62,456 nucleotides of DNA, filler included, from Kipferlia bialata (GCA_003568945.1; 4 parts of 3 records of this genome joined end to end with filler, not necessarily neighbours in it), one strand, 5' to 3'; shown: positions 12,441-25,569, counted from the first letter of the whole stretch. Notes: a model not told the origin generated them from the letters alone. Translations and numbers: made by a program.

Positions 12441-14783
12441 TATCTGTCTGTGTCCTTATGATCAATGAGGGACTAGGGCGTCCCCACTCCATGCTGACCT
12501 CCAGCCCTACATCAATGACATCACATTCGTCCCTGGTTCAAGGGGGGTCTTTGCCACCTGTGACTCAGGTGCCACTTTCTGTTGCAATACCCTCAGGCTC
12601 ACGTAGAACCTATAGATACAGTGCATCATACACATAACACTCAGGTGGACGCATATTGAAGTGGTCTCTGGATTCAACGGAACCACTAGGTGTCCATGGA
12701 GAGATGCCAAGTGTACTGGAGGTGACTGAGATGGAATTGAGATATGTCTCCCTACGGTATTGTGTATTCTCTGACCACTCAGCATGTGTCAGTCCTGCCC
12801 AACCATGGCTGGTGTTGCCCACAGAGTGATGCTGGAACCAGATGCTCAGACAACCACCCCCTTATCCTCACTAACAGTCTGGGTCGTTTTGTTATAAGCT
12901 GCCCAGTACAGAAGGTGGGGACAAACGCTCCGATATTTAGTATTTCTATTTGATCAGCATATCTTCATGTGTCTACTATAGCACATTCCCACCCCTCTTG
13001 ATACATATTCTCACTCACTCCAGGTCACATCCGAGTGTTACCCGCGGGACATTGCCCCCCCCAGGATAGCTGCAGACAAGGGCACGTACGAGGGAGAATG
13101 GCTCAACGGGATGAGGCACGGGTATGGTACATGTGTCATTCCTCCCGCTCTTGGGGACCAGGCATACACGGGGGAGTGGAAGGAAGACCTGCGATCTGGG
13201 TTTGGAGTCATGACGTATGGAGACGGGACGATCTACCGTGGGCAGTGGAAGAACGACTTTGCCAGTGGATACGGTTGTATGACCTTCCCCAGCGATGGTG
13301 ATGAGATCCGGGGTCAGTTCTTGACTGGAATGCAGGATGGTTATGCTGTGTGTACCCGTGCAAGTGGAGAGGTGTACGAGGGGGAGTGGGTGAAGGGCAA
13401 GAGGTGTGGACATGCTAAAGTGACACACCCCAATGGTACTGTGACGGAGGGAGAGTATAAGGACAACAAGCCATGTGGTGTTGCCACGTGTGTATTCGAC
13501 AATGGGGACATGTATGAGGGGGGCTATATTGATGACAAGATGTGTGGACATGGTACTCTGACACGTGCTGATGGTAGTATGTACGAAGGAGAGTGGAAGG
13601 ACAACATGAGACATGGGTATGGCGTGACGCACCACGCTGACGGTGGGGTGTATAAGGGTGACTACAAGGAGGATAAGCGGTGGGGGCACGGTATTATATC
13701 TGCTTATGGTGGTGGAGTTGTGGAGGGGGAGTGGGTTAACAATGTCCTCGTAGGAGAAGTGACCATGAGGAACTCTAGAGGGACATACACCGGAGAGCAT
13801 GAGAACGGTTTGCTTCTTTGCAAGGTGGGTAGGGCTCACACAGTATCGCAGCTCAATTACATACTGATTTCCACCATGGAGCCATATTCCTACTCTAACA
13901 CTGTACACTAACAGATTGGGTCACATCGTAACGTGTACAGTGCATTTCTAATTGTACTACCACTTTGTTACGATATTGTGTACTATATCTCACGAGTAGC
14001 AATTGAGGGACCAACTGTTCCAGAGCATCGTGATGGAATACATCAAGCTGCCCTTTGGAGCCGCTCTCGGGGATCTCAGCGTGGACTACGGCAACGTTCC
14101 TGTGGATTCGGACTCTACACGTATTCTCTACCTGCCTAACACTGGCGTCCTCAGTCTCACTCATCTGTGTGAGTCTCTTCGCACCCTCTCTCTCTCTGTC
14201 GTCAACCTGTGTACAGTCAAGAGCCCCAGTGCCCTGAAGCGGATACTAGCTAGTGACCCAAGAGTGGTAGTGTGCACCTATGACTTCATTCATGCTGTGT
14301 CAGGAACCAAGACATACAAGCTTCACTTGGGTCTCTGGCGGGAGCTAGCGCGTAATGACACAACTGCCCGTGTGTTTATGTGTCTAGATGAGGTAAGTCG
14401 TCTCAACATGTGTGTCGGTCCTGACTGTTACAGTATCAGATATGGTACTAACGACAGGATGAGGTGTATGAAAATGAGCAGGAGGCAAGGGAGAGATATA
14501 CAGATCTGGCTCGTCTTCTCAAGGCCCAGTACGTGGACAAGTTGTCAGAGGCCAAGAGAAATCTACTGTGGGATGCAGGTGGGAGGTCATTGTGCTGATA
14601 GAGTATTTATGATTGCCATACAGTATTTCACACTGTGTGGTTGATTACTTCTGCTGTTGAATGGGTGATTGACAGTGTCAATTTGACACCTGACTATCTC
14701 TAACCCCAGTCGACACTCTGCAGTGCATACCCCTCTACAGGTACTTTGAGGATGTCTGGGGGGGTGTCAAGCTGGAAGAGTAA
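12441..14783 (+). CDS. MORN-repeat protein with an upstream WD40-like segment and a downstream helicase-like fragment; 5' part possibly disrupted
   Basis: Exon 13024-13823 encodes about 10 MORN repeats (YxGxWxxxxxHGxG). Upstream exons 12441-12568 and 12645-12721 encode INDITFVPGSRGVFATCDSGGRILKWSL (WD40-like), with an in-frame TGA at 12466. Downstream exons 14000-14392, 14458-14578 and 14709-14783 are in phase, ending in TAA. Confidence 0.7.
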
Positions 14784-15081
14784 ATATGACTCAACGATTG
14801 AATTGGTTATTTCACTAGTTTTTGGGTAACAGTTGCTAACACTCTTTGATGAAAGATGGTATATTATGTAGTGACTCCATCACATCTACTAGAGAAGAGA
14901 TGGTTTTGACAGTGGTACCAAAAGAAAGAAGACTCTCTGGAATTGAAGATACCCTCAACCAATTCAAGAGGTAGCTCAACACACCATCTATCGTGATATT
15001 GGACATCGTACTGAATCCACCCACTGTACTCTCTACAGTCCTGTTTGGATAGGCCCATCCTGTTTGTGTCCCTGTGTCTGT

Positions 15082-17135
15082 ATGGGGACTCCACCCAGTC
15101 CACACATGCAGCAGGGCCCGTGGGAGAGGTATGGGGCGCAACCCACACGTTGTTATTCTTGGAATTCTCTCAGTCACCCACTGTACTATTTGCGTCAAGA
15201 TGGGTATCTACCTAACCCAATAGGCCGAAGCCTGTCACGGGACGACAGACCCGCATGAGGTGGACTACTGATATGAACATTGCTCTCTACCATGTCCTGA
15301 GGGAGCAGGGTCTGGAGAACATGACCCCGTCCTCAGTGTTCAACATGATGAGGAAGGGATGGCCTGGCCTCAAATACTGCCATGTCACAACAAGACTCCA
15401 GGGTGTGTGTAAGCGTGTCCGTCAGCTGTCCGGCCTTAAGACTAGGGGCTCGGTGACTCTTAGGAACTCTGACCTCCCTGACTCCTGTGAGTTCATGCTG
15501 TACAGGCGCCAGCTCAATGACCCTGCCACCAAGGAGAAGATTGAGCGGGCGGCCAGGCTAGGGATACCCCCCGGAGCCCATTCTACTCCCCTTCTCGAGG
15601 TGTCGTCGGATGATCCCACTGAGGACTCCGCTCAGCCTGCAGAGCCCCCCAAAGCAGGAGGGGAGAGCCCCAGTCCACGGCTGAAGCCTATAGTGCTGAG
15701 GCCTTTGACTGTAACGGCTGTGGTGAGTGAGAGGCTCATACAGTTTATTGTAATCTGCAGTGTTTCATGCTGCTGTATTCTCTGGAGTATATTTTCTACA
15801 CTAAGTAATGCTTCTGCCAAGGAAGGATTTTTGACATGATTGTAGCAGACATATACACGTCAGAGAGACTATGTTCAGTCAGTTCACTGATGACAGACTG
15901 AGACTCAAGCCTGGGGGGGCAGGGGGTCGGCTGACCTAGACAGACAGCAGCAGGTGCTAGACGACTGGACAGCGAGGCTGGACGTCATCCCAGGGGAGAA
16001 GCCCAAGCATGTGCTGAGCATCCATCTGCCACCCCAGATGAGAACTGCAGTGGAGGAGCAGGAAGACGAAGAGGAGAAGAGACAGGACGAGGAGTCAACC
16101 ACCATCAGTCTGAGTCCCGACGAGGTGAGTAGTGCAGGAGAGGAGAAAGAGATACAGCCGGAGGCAGCAGACGCTGAGGCGGTGCCAGACCCAGGAGTAG
16201 AGACCACGCCACCTGCCCCGGTGATGGAGCCTGTCCAGAGAGTGCCAACAGTAGTGACAGAGGATGGTGAGATGGTGTCGCCCATTCAGGAGAGAGTGAC
16301 TGCGGCTCCTCCCCTCCCCTCTCTGTCCCCTGTGATACCATACCAGCCCCGCCCTGTGGAAGTAGCACCTGCCTCACCCACCCCGGACACAGAGGAGCCT
16401 GAGTCCACTCCTGAGGTCAGCACTGACCTAGCAGACACACAGCCACTGGCAGGGTCTCCTGTGGCCGAAACTGATACTGGCACAGTGCCCACATACACTG
16501 GCCCTGCTGACATTGCAAGCCTGTGTGACTGGCTAGCCACGGGAGGTGACACCCTAGAAGAGTGTGCTACCCTCATTCAGGCACAGACCACTGACCTCGC
16601 TGCGGCAAGGGAGACAGGAGAGACAAGGGAGGCCCAGGAGAGACAAAGTGCAGAGCTGACGGAGAGAGAGAGGGCAGTCAGGGAGAAGGAGTCGCTGTTG
16701 CAGGAGAGGGAGACACTGGTGAGGATGAGGTTCACCCAGGCTATCGATAAGGGGAAGAGGGTGAAGGAGAGAGAGGCGGCAGTGAGTGAGAGAGAGGCCC
16801 TTGTTGATACTAAGGAGAGGGCACTGGAGGAGAGAGAGCTAGCCCTGGAGAGAAGGAGAGAGGAGGCAAAAGGTATGGATGCCCTCAGGGTCAAGCTTGC
16901 GGCTAAGGGCAAGAGGATCAAGGACCTCCAGGTGAGGGTGGAGCACCTGACCCAGTCCCTCGATGTGAGTCAGACTGCACTGCAGAGAGAGCAGAAGATG
17001 TCTGAGGCTCTGTGGGCAGAGAAGACAGAGAGAGAGAGCAAGTGGGAGGAGAGCAGCGCTAGTGGGTCACCTGGGGACCGCACTACTGGCTACACACAGG
17101 AGTCATTGGAGTCCTTGGAGTCACTTCCAGAGTAA
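15082..17135 (+). CDS. GARP/SHAQKY-class Myb-like DNA-binding protein with acidic linker and C-terminal coiled coil
   Basis: RMRWTTDMNIALYHVLREQGLENMTPSSVFNMMRKGWPGLKYCHVTTRLQ matches the GARP pattern RxRWT...G...ATP..I...M.V.GLT..HVKSHLQ. Exons 15082-15128, 15224-15722 and 15897-17135 are in phase. Start codon uncertain. Confidence 0.7.
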
Positions 17136-17377
17136 ATATACAGGGTAATGACTACGTACGTTGCCATGTGTGTGTTTCTCTCTCCTTGAGAATCGTACAC
17201 TCTCTAGAGCCACTTTGGCACAAATATACAAACCGACAACCCTACAAGTGTACACGTTGGTCTATTGCTCGTGGATCCCTCACCCTGACAACCCTTGGTA
17301 GGATGAGTGAGTGGGGCGGGACCGGCGCAGATACACTCATTACCGGCCTTCAATACGAACCCATACACACTCAATCT

Positions 17378-19774
17378 CTATGCCAGCCTCCGGTCGTACT
17401 GTCTGGTCTGTGCCGCAAACTGCCTCTCCTCCTCTACCGGCTCTGCCGCCACATCCACCTGGGCAGCCTGTGCGTACTGGGTGAGCAGTGCCCTCAGCTC
17501 CTCGTTCTCAGAGGCGATGGCCTCATTGCCGTCAACTAGCTCAGACCGCCTCCTGAGGGGTGAGTCCCGGGTTCGATTCCCACCATGGGCAACAGTGTAT
17601 TGTGTATAGAAGTGTGTCTGCGTACCTGAGTGTCTCGTGGTAGGAGAGAAGTAGGACCTCGAGGCTCTTCCATGCTAGGACACGCTCCTCGGGCACAACC
17701 CTGGCAAGCCTGGGGTGGGTGGGAGAGGAGAAGAGAGACAGATAGCCTGTCCCAGAAAGCCCACTCCGCATCAATACAATATAACCCCTCATACCCTCTG
17801 TGTACATGACATGTCGCCAAGCACACTATCTATCATATAATATACACGGTGTCTGTATCTGCCCCCACCTGTCCCAGAATGCCCTGCTCTGTCTCTCTGT
17901 CCTGCCCCAGGCTGAGGCACTCTGCGTCTGGCCACCCGCACCTGGCATCTCGCCATCACCTGGGGGTGAGGGTACAGTGCCACACCGTGTAGCAACATAC
18001 TGGTATAGAGTGTTGTCTTACCTCCCAGTGTCCTCTGCTCCTGGGCGAACTTCCTCAAGGCAGGAAGGAGGTCCTGGGGTGAGGGGGGGGGGGGGCATCA
18101 TTACAAGGGAACGATGTGTGAATCATGCTTCAGCACTGAATTACCCATATTGGATACGAGTCATATACATGTGCATACCTGTCTCGGGACGAGCTCGTCG
18201 CACATGCCATCGACGGAGACAGCGGCAAGGAGCCTGGGGGTGAGAGAGAGGGAAACAAGATACATGGATACGAAAGGATTGGAAAGGGGAGGGTGCCATA
18301 CCTATCGAGGTCTGCAGGGGACAGGATTCCAAGGGAGTACAGGAGGGCCTGGGGTGAGAGGACCAGACTATATATGAGGTGACAAGCCAATTGTTTGCAT
18401 ACCTTGGTCTGGATGGGTCCCTTCTCCTCTCCCTCCTTGGCCGCTGCCGGCTTCTCGGCTGCCTCTCCCTCGGCTTCCTTCTCAGGGAGGGTCTCATCCC
18501 CATCGAGGGCCTAGGATGAGACAAGATAGATACTAACAACACACATATAGATGGTACTGTGTAAATGCCATTCATATACACACCTCAAGAAGCTGTGGCT
18601 CACTGAGGAAGGAGCCCTCTCTGACCAGGTCTCCCAGGAGACGCACGGCACGCTCTGGGCCTGCCTTGCAGTTCTCGAGGGGGTCAGCACTAGGAGTAAG
18701 GGGAGAGAGAGATAGTGTGTGTGTGTGTGCGTGTGTGAATATATATACCACGCACCGTGTCTGCTTGTCGGCCTCTGCCTCCTCCTCCTCTGTGGGCACA
18801 GCCCTGGGCTCAAACTCAGGCACCTGGGAGTGAGATATACATAGAGAGATACGATACTTGCAACACATCTTGGAGAGTATGAGAGAGAGAGAGAGAGAGA
18901 GACCCTACCTGAGGGGGCATCCAGGATATGTGGAGGATCTCCTCGGCAATGAACTTGTCTGCCGCAATGACACGCCTGAGCTCGGCAGCAATCCTGGCAT
19001 AAGCATAGATTGAAAGGAATATACAGTACATCTATGTTGGAATATGAACTACTGGACAATAGCGTACACACCTGTTCTCGTGCAGGTCCCAGAGGTCTCT
19101 GTATCTGGCGGTATCAGCCCTCTCGAAGTGCTTGAACTTCTTCTGGAGGTCCTGAGGGTCAAAAGGGAGAGGGGAGAGAGAGAGAGAGGGAGAGGAATGG
19201 TGGAGAGAGAGAGAGAGAGAGAAAGAGAGGTGTATATGGGTGTATACCTGGAACAGAGCGGCAGTGCGCCTGTACTGGTCGGACAGGGCCTCGTTCTTAG
19301 CCCTGGGGGTCAAGAGGCAGACATCTAGACAGTAGACGGGAACATACACTATATCAATAGTAGTCACTCTTGTACCTGAGGGAGCTGTTCTGGGCGTTGT
19401 ACTTGGATATGAGGGTGGAAAGGTGGTTCTGGAGGTGAGGGGAGGTTAAAGGTACAGTGGCACACCATATGTATCATTGAAGGATGCATGTATGATAACA
19501 TATGTAATGTAGGAGTCCCACCTGATACCGGGATATCTTTCTCTTCTGGTGCTGCATGATGCCGTTGCACTCAACGTCTCTCTCTGCCAGTAACCTGAAG
19601 GTGAGAGAGGTTGGTAGGGGAGAGAGGGTGGGAGGGGGGGAGAGAGTGAGGTTGATAGAGAGAGATGGACCCCCACCTGTAGTTGTACTCCAGCTTCTCA
19701 GTGTTGAGCTGGTACACTGCCCTCATCTCCTGCAGCTGTGCCTCCAGGGTGGCGGCCTCGGCCTCAAGTCTCAC
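17378..19774 (-). CDS. DRC1: Dynein regulatory complex subunit 1 (DRC1/CCDC164), 3' half only
   Basis: Spliced peptide LEAQLQEMRAVYQLNTEKLEYNYRLLAERD...QKRKISR...DQYRRTAALFQDLQKKFKHFE is the DRC1 signature. The C-terminal ...AWKSLEVLLLSYHETLRRRSEL...ENEELRALLTQY matches the DRC1 C-terminal domain. TAG at 17378. Confidence 0.88.
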
Positions 19775-19978
19775 CTAGGGGTAAGAGGGGTATATAAATA
19801 AAAATATCTCGACCTCAAGCCTAACCTGGAGGGTAAGCAGGTATACATATATAGGTATATGTACAGGTATATATTTGCTGCCTCGGCCTCAAGTCTCACC
19901 TAGGGGTAAGAGGGGTATATATTGTAAAGAGCAGTGGAGTAGAGCAGGAGCGGGTGGGTGACCCAGAGGTGTGAGATG

Positions 19979-20017
19979 CGGGGGGGGGGGGGGGGGGGGG
20001 GGGGGTTGGAGAAAGAA

Positions 20018-20047
<30 letters not shown>
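19979..20047. repeat. Poly-G tract between the ODA-DC2-like and DRC1 fragments
   Basis: Two G runs of more than 25 nt each. Confidence 0.9.
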
Positions 20048-20048
<1 letters not shown>

Positions 20049-20460
20049 TTACACATAGAATACAGGATTACATGTCTGTATACACTATCACTTCGAATAT
20101 ACGAGGAATACTGCCACGGAAGAAAGAGAAAGTCTATGTTGGAGAGAGATGCTATGATGAGTGACATTCAGTGAGTAACAAGCGATGTTAGAGGGAGTAA
20201 TGCACAATGATACCGACTCTGTCAGTACCGGTACCAAACACATATATGACATACAAGTCCCACAATAGACAATTTTGGGGACTGCTAGAGTGATGTAGAC
20301 ATCTAGAACACTACATAGCATGGCCGAAGGCAAAAGGAGGCCACACAACTAGGTATATATGGAATTACAAATAGTTGGTACCGGTATCATACACAATGAA
20401 TACCATAGTATACCCACACCCACACTCTAGACCATCTAGCGCACATATACAACTACCCAC

Positions 20461-20811
20461 CTCCTGGAAAGACTTCAGAGCGCCCGTGTGCACCTTGCCC
20501 AGCTTGGCAACGGCAGCCTGGGAGTCTGCAAGCTCCCCCTCCAGCTGGTTCCGCAGCTCATCCAGCTCCTGGAACTTGCGGTTGGCGGCCTGAGAGAGGC
20601 CAGACTGGGCCTGACGAAGCTCCCCCTCGTACTGCTCGCGCAGAGTCTCGTTCTCCTCGCGGAGACGGGCCATAATGATCGACTGCTTCCTCAACTCCTT
20701 CTCTGTCTGCAGCATGTACGCCCGGCGGTCGTTCTGGAGCATTCTGACCCTCCTCTGCAGGGAGGCGAGGTCTCCCTGCGTCTTGGGGTCTACCCTAGGC
20801 TTATCGTCCAT
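20461..20811 (-). CDS. Outer dynein arm docking complex subunit 2 (ODA1/CCDC114/CCDC63-like), first exon only
   Basis: DLASLQRRVRMLQNDRRAYMLQTEKELRKQSIIMARLREENETL resembles the ODA-DC2 N-terminal coiled coil (LQRxxRxMExDRxAY...). GT donor at 20460. Confidence 0.65.
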
Positions 20812-21004
20812 CTCAAACTGCCTTTGAAAGCCAGGTTTGCTGAGCTTTCAAATTCCATGTCGAATCGGCAAAACTGAAATCTCAAATTGAGGGTCATCTT
20901 GCTGGTGTGGTCTCTTCACCATAGCCCCACGTTGCACTACCCTACCCCCTGCTTACCTGTTTCCCACCATCACCCGCAGTAGCTGTAGGGCAGACTGAGT
21001 GCCC

Positions 21005-21162
21005 ATGTACCGCACCATGCGTGGCGGGGCTGTGCAGCCTAAGAAGGCGCCTGCCATCACCCAGGACAGACTGTTTCTGTGGGGCGCCACCAGCCTGAGG
21101 GGGAGGAGGTTCGAGAACGAAGACGCAGAGACGCTCTGCAACCTGTGCGACGTGGATCCAAG
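21005..21162 (+). CDS. PP2C-family protein phosphatase, first exon (truncated by contig end)
   Basis: FLWGATSLRGRRFENEDAE matches PP2C motif 1 (G..S..GRR..MED). GT donor at 21163. Confidence 0.55.
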
Positions 21163-21338
21163 GTATATATTGACTTGGGATGTCTAGGATATACCATGTT
21201 CATTATCACTGTTGCTATTGGTACCGGTACCGGTACCATTCTCAGTCTAATGTTTTGTGTGAATGACGGCTCAGTTACACCCTCGTACCTCGTCTGGTGT
21301 ACCAGTATTGTGTGTAATCAGCGTATATGTGTACCCCT

Positions 21339-21377
<39 letters not shown>

Positions 21378-21381
21378 TTCT

Positions 21382-21481
21382 NNNNNNNNNNNNNNNNNNN
21401 NNNNNNNNNNNNNNNNNNNNNNNNNTTAATTAATTAANNNNNNNNNNNNNNNNNNNNNNNNNNNNNNNNNNNNNNNNNNNN
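21382..21481. other. Artificial contig linker N44-TTAATTAATTAA-N44
   Basis: Six-frame stop linker at 21426-21437 flanked by 44 N on each side. Confidence 0.95.
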
Positions 21482-21515
<34 letters not shown>

Positions 21516-21643
21516 GAGAGAGAGAGAGAGAGAGGGGGCATGGAGGTGGCAGAGGCACATACATAGGGCACGGTGAGGCGATAAAGGCTCCGGACTAGAG
21601 TAGAACCAGTTGAGATATGAGAGATACACATACACATACACAC

Positions 21644-21916
21644 CTCCAGCGAGCAGGAGCATGGCCTCGCCCATCTCCTTGACCACAGCTGTGGGGTTCT
21701 CGTTACCTACCAGCACGGCACGGGACATGTGCACAGAGGCACCGGGGGGGACACTGGAAGTTAGGTACTGAAGCAGGTGTGTGTAGACGATACGACGGGA
21801 GAATATAAATGTACAGATATCCATCTTCAACATCATATCTACCCATACACGTACCTCAGCATCAAAGGCTCATCAGCCAGGACGATGAAGTTCAGGGGCA
21901 CAATGCTATCAGTCAT
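21644..21916 (-). CDS. 5' exons of a hypothetical protein, weakly nucleoplasmin-like (truncated by contig end)
   Basis: MTDSIVPLNFIVLADEPLML|SVPPGASVHMSRAVL, two in-phase exons. The NPL resemblance is by eye only. Confidence 0.4.
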
Positions 21917-22166
21917 TGCAGCCACAAGAAGGCAGATGGATGACTGAGCTCTGCCTAAACCCTAAACCCTTGGGAGCGTCTTAACAAAGATTAGACGTGA
22001 TTTCTTGTGTCTTTCGACCTGTCCTCTTCACTCCTGATTCAAGAGCAGCCGAGTGTAGTTGAGAGGCATCGTTACTGGAGAACTACAACTAGTGTCTTGG
22101 AGCTGCGCTAGCCTCCCTCCTCGACCACGCCTAGAGGAGTGAGGAGTGAGGAGTGAGTGCCGCAAT

Positions 22167-25100
22167 ATGAGCTGGGAGGCCCATGAGATCCACGGCCTAG
22201 GGACCCAGGGTCTGCCGGACATGGATGACACCAGAGAGGACATGTACACACATACCAGAGAGGAGCAGGGGGACAGCATGGAGACGATGCCCCCCTCCTC
22301 GATGTCGGATGCAGTGCGGACAGCTGTGGTGCTGGAGAGAGAGGCCTGGGAGAGAGAGAGGGCAGCCGCCAACAGTGAGATGGACAACACCATAGCAGCC
22401 TATGCCAGCCAGATCCAGACCCTCCTGTCTGTGGTCGAGACATCCCGGTCCAGGTGGGTAGGGGTGTGTATTGGCACTGGGAGCCTTCATATATGCATTG
22501 TGCTTTCTAGTCATTGTAATCACTCTCTGTGGTGGACATCCTGAACGATAATGGGGAGTGCACTGTGAGATATACTCTCTGGTGTAGATATGTTACTCAT
22601 ATGTTTCCTTGTTGGGGATGGTGGTGTCTATGTATCGTGTCTATTCACTGTCAGAGTCAGAGTCAGACGCCAATACTCGTACTCTCTTCTGATTCGCTCT
22701 CTCTTCCTCTCTTTCCTTGACTCACTGTCTCTTCTGACAGATTCTTACCCTCAATTCACATATATGTATACTGGCCATACATACTGCTTGTATATATCTA
22801 ACCACTAGGGAGAAGCAGACCGAGGCCCAGCTGGACACAGCCACAATCTCTCTCTATATATATATGTGTGTGTGTATATATCAATATATATGATTGTTTT
22901 CACATTAATATTTATGTGTCTCTTACCATTAGGGAGAAGCAGACCGAGGCATGTTTATAAATGTATATATGTATTTTTTCTTATACATAGTGTGTATATG
23001 CCTGACCACTAGGGAGAAGCAGACCGAGGCCCAGCTGGACACGGCCAGACACACGGCAGAGACAGTGACCAGAGACGCCATAGCACTGTCGGCCATAGCA
23101 GAGAGGTTTGTACCGTATTAGGCCTAGTACATTTCGATACGTGACGAGTACCACTAATATAGTATATTATTATAGCACATGTATTTATTGCTAGTATATG
23201 CTAGTAATTAGCGACTCATTTGTAGGTCCAAGGGCAGGGCAGACGCCCTCTCGGCATCTCTATCATCCACGAGGAGAGAGAGAGACGCCCTCCTTGTCAG
23301 GACCCAGGATGCAGAGACAGCCCTCAAGACAGCAACACAGGCAGAGGCAGAGGTGGGGATACACATGTGTATACTATTTACTAGTGGACCATTTTCGTGT
23401 ACTATTATATGCATGTATGAATGCTATTCTCACCCCAGGCACGTAAGGCTCAGGCGGAGGCTGAGGAGAGGTGAGTGAGAGTGTCCTACTCATGCACTAT
23501 TCTTGTCTGTGTTAAGAGCACTGTACTACGCCCAGTCTCCGTAGTATACTGTCTAGCACTAATGCATAGGTACATGGAACTGAAGCAGAGACATGAGGAG
23601 GCAGAGAGGCGGCACGCTGCCCTGAGGGATGAGATCCAGGTACATTCACCTGCATGAGTATATGGCGTGGAAAGGAATCAATTATATATACATAGGGTAT
23701 GTATTAATACACAGGTTCAGACCAGCCGTGTTGGGTCTAGGCTGCAGAGCATGAAGGCCCTGGCCGAGACCAAGGAGAGAGAGAGGCAGGAGAGAGAGGA
23801 TGCACTCAGGGACCAGTACCAGGCACAGCTAGAGGAGGTGTGTATTATATATCCTTACATACACGTATGCAATCAACCCTAGCTAGACTATATCCATGCT
23901 ATTGATAGTTTGTCTGACTCCACAGGTTCTTGCCAGCCAGCCCACCCCATAGCACTACATATTTATACATTAACCGAGAAATAATCTATGAATCTGTCAC
24001 ATTAACCTAACCTCCAGGTCCTTGCCCGCCAGGCCACCCCTCTCCCCCCTCCCCCTCCCTCTGACAGAGAGGAGACCCAGGAGAGAGAGGAGAGAGAGGA
24101 GAGAGAGCAGATCCAGAACCAGGTGGCCTCTCTCTCCGACAGGCTGGGCAGGGCCAACGAGAAGTGTGCCAGGATGGCCAGACAGCTCAAGGTGAGTTTG
24201 TTCCTATTCTCTCCCTATATAGATGTGGGTATATGTTTGCACTGACCCCAGGAGGCCAAAGCTGCATGTGCCGAGCATGAGGAGTCTGACGGAGAGACAG
24301 ACACCAAGAGGGAGAAGGGGCTGAGGGGGGATGTCCTCAAGCTCCAGCAGCAGGTTGGGCAAATGCACTACAATTGGATGTATAAATGTACATATATATA
24401 ATTACTAATTGTAATGTATAACAATATAATTATTGTTATATGTATTAAGCATTACTATTTGTTACTCACCCCCAGGTCGGTCTGCTGGAGAGGGACTGTC
24501 GCACCAGCAAGGCCCAGGCTGCATCACTGGGCAGCAGGAACAAGGTGGGTTGCTGTATGACCCAATATAGTATAGTATCCTCCATATACATATATACTCG
24601 TCTACGTGCATACATCTGTGTTGTTATAGTGTATGTGGTATATCTATAGATAGTATACATATGACCCCAGGTGCTGGAGGGCACTGTGTCCCAGCTGAGG
24701 TCTCTGATGCAGGACATGCAGAGGTCCAGCAGGGCAATGCCTCCCACACAGACACAGGTACTATCATGCCTAGGATATGCCATACTATACTTGCTTGTAT
24801 AGTTGTATGCTCTATATATACATTCTGATCTTGAGTTGATGATGTAATGACCCCAGGTCCTGGAGGCGAAGCACCAGACGGCACAGGCACAGGAGAGGTA
24901 CTTGCATATATTAATCCATAGATATACTTTCCTTTCTTTGTCTCCATGTATATACGTCTCTTTATGCCCTACCCCCCCCCCTCACCCCTCAGGGCCACCA
25001 TGGCAGAGGCAGAGAGTGAGCTGCACCAGGGCCTGGCCCAGGAGCTGCACACAAGGTAGTCCCGCAACACAATGCATACTCATTCAGCATATATTGTGTA

Positions 25101-25356
25101 GTTTTGTCAGTTGAGACCCCTGACCCCCAGGGTGAAGTCCCTGGAGGCCGAGCTGTATCAGTATCAGTATAGTATATATTGTATAGTACATGTTGGTTTA
25201 TTCCCCTAACCCCTAGGGTGAAGTCCCTGGAGGCTGAGCTGTATGCGTGTATGGGTATGCTGAGCACATCGGAGAGACAGAGGGAGGAGGCAGAGGCAGA
25301 GCTGGAGAGGGTGTCTGGTGAGGGACTGACCGAGAGGGAGAGGGGGGCACACCTCC

Positions 25357-25406
<50 letters not shown>

Positions 25407-25534
25407 ATGTATATACATGTGTGTGTGTGTGTGTATGTAGCATGTCTAACCCCCAGGCCAGGATAGCCGAGTGTCAGTTGGGCCAGGAGGCTGCTGAAGT
25501 CAGGGAGAAGGTGTGGATAGGCGGTATCTCTCTT

Positions 25535-25569
<35 letters not shown>

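Noticed and set aside
4100..12470. In-frame TGA/TAA suggesting an alternative genetic code or readthrough
   Set aside because: The stops occur only in regions that also have frameshifts. Intact genes here terminate with TAA, TAG and TGA and have no internal stops.
13015..13908. 297-aa minus-strand ORF
   Set aside because: Antisense shadow of the MORN exon.
17536..17591. tRNA-like TAGCTCAG...GGTTCGATTCCC in a DRC1 exon/intron
   Set aside because: The A-box to B-box distance is too short (~34 nt) and no acceptor stem or anticodon arm can be formed. At most it is a tRNA 3' fragment.
21426..21437. TTAATTAATTAA palindrome recurring three times as a biological site
   Set aside because: Always centred in exactly 44+44 N. 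It is a six-frame stop linker added during scaffolding.
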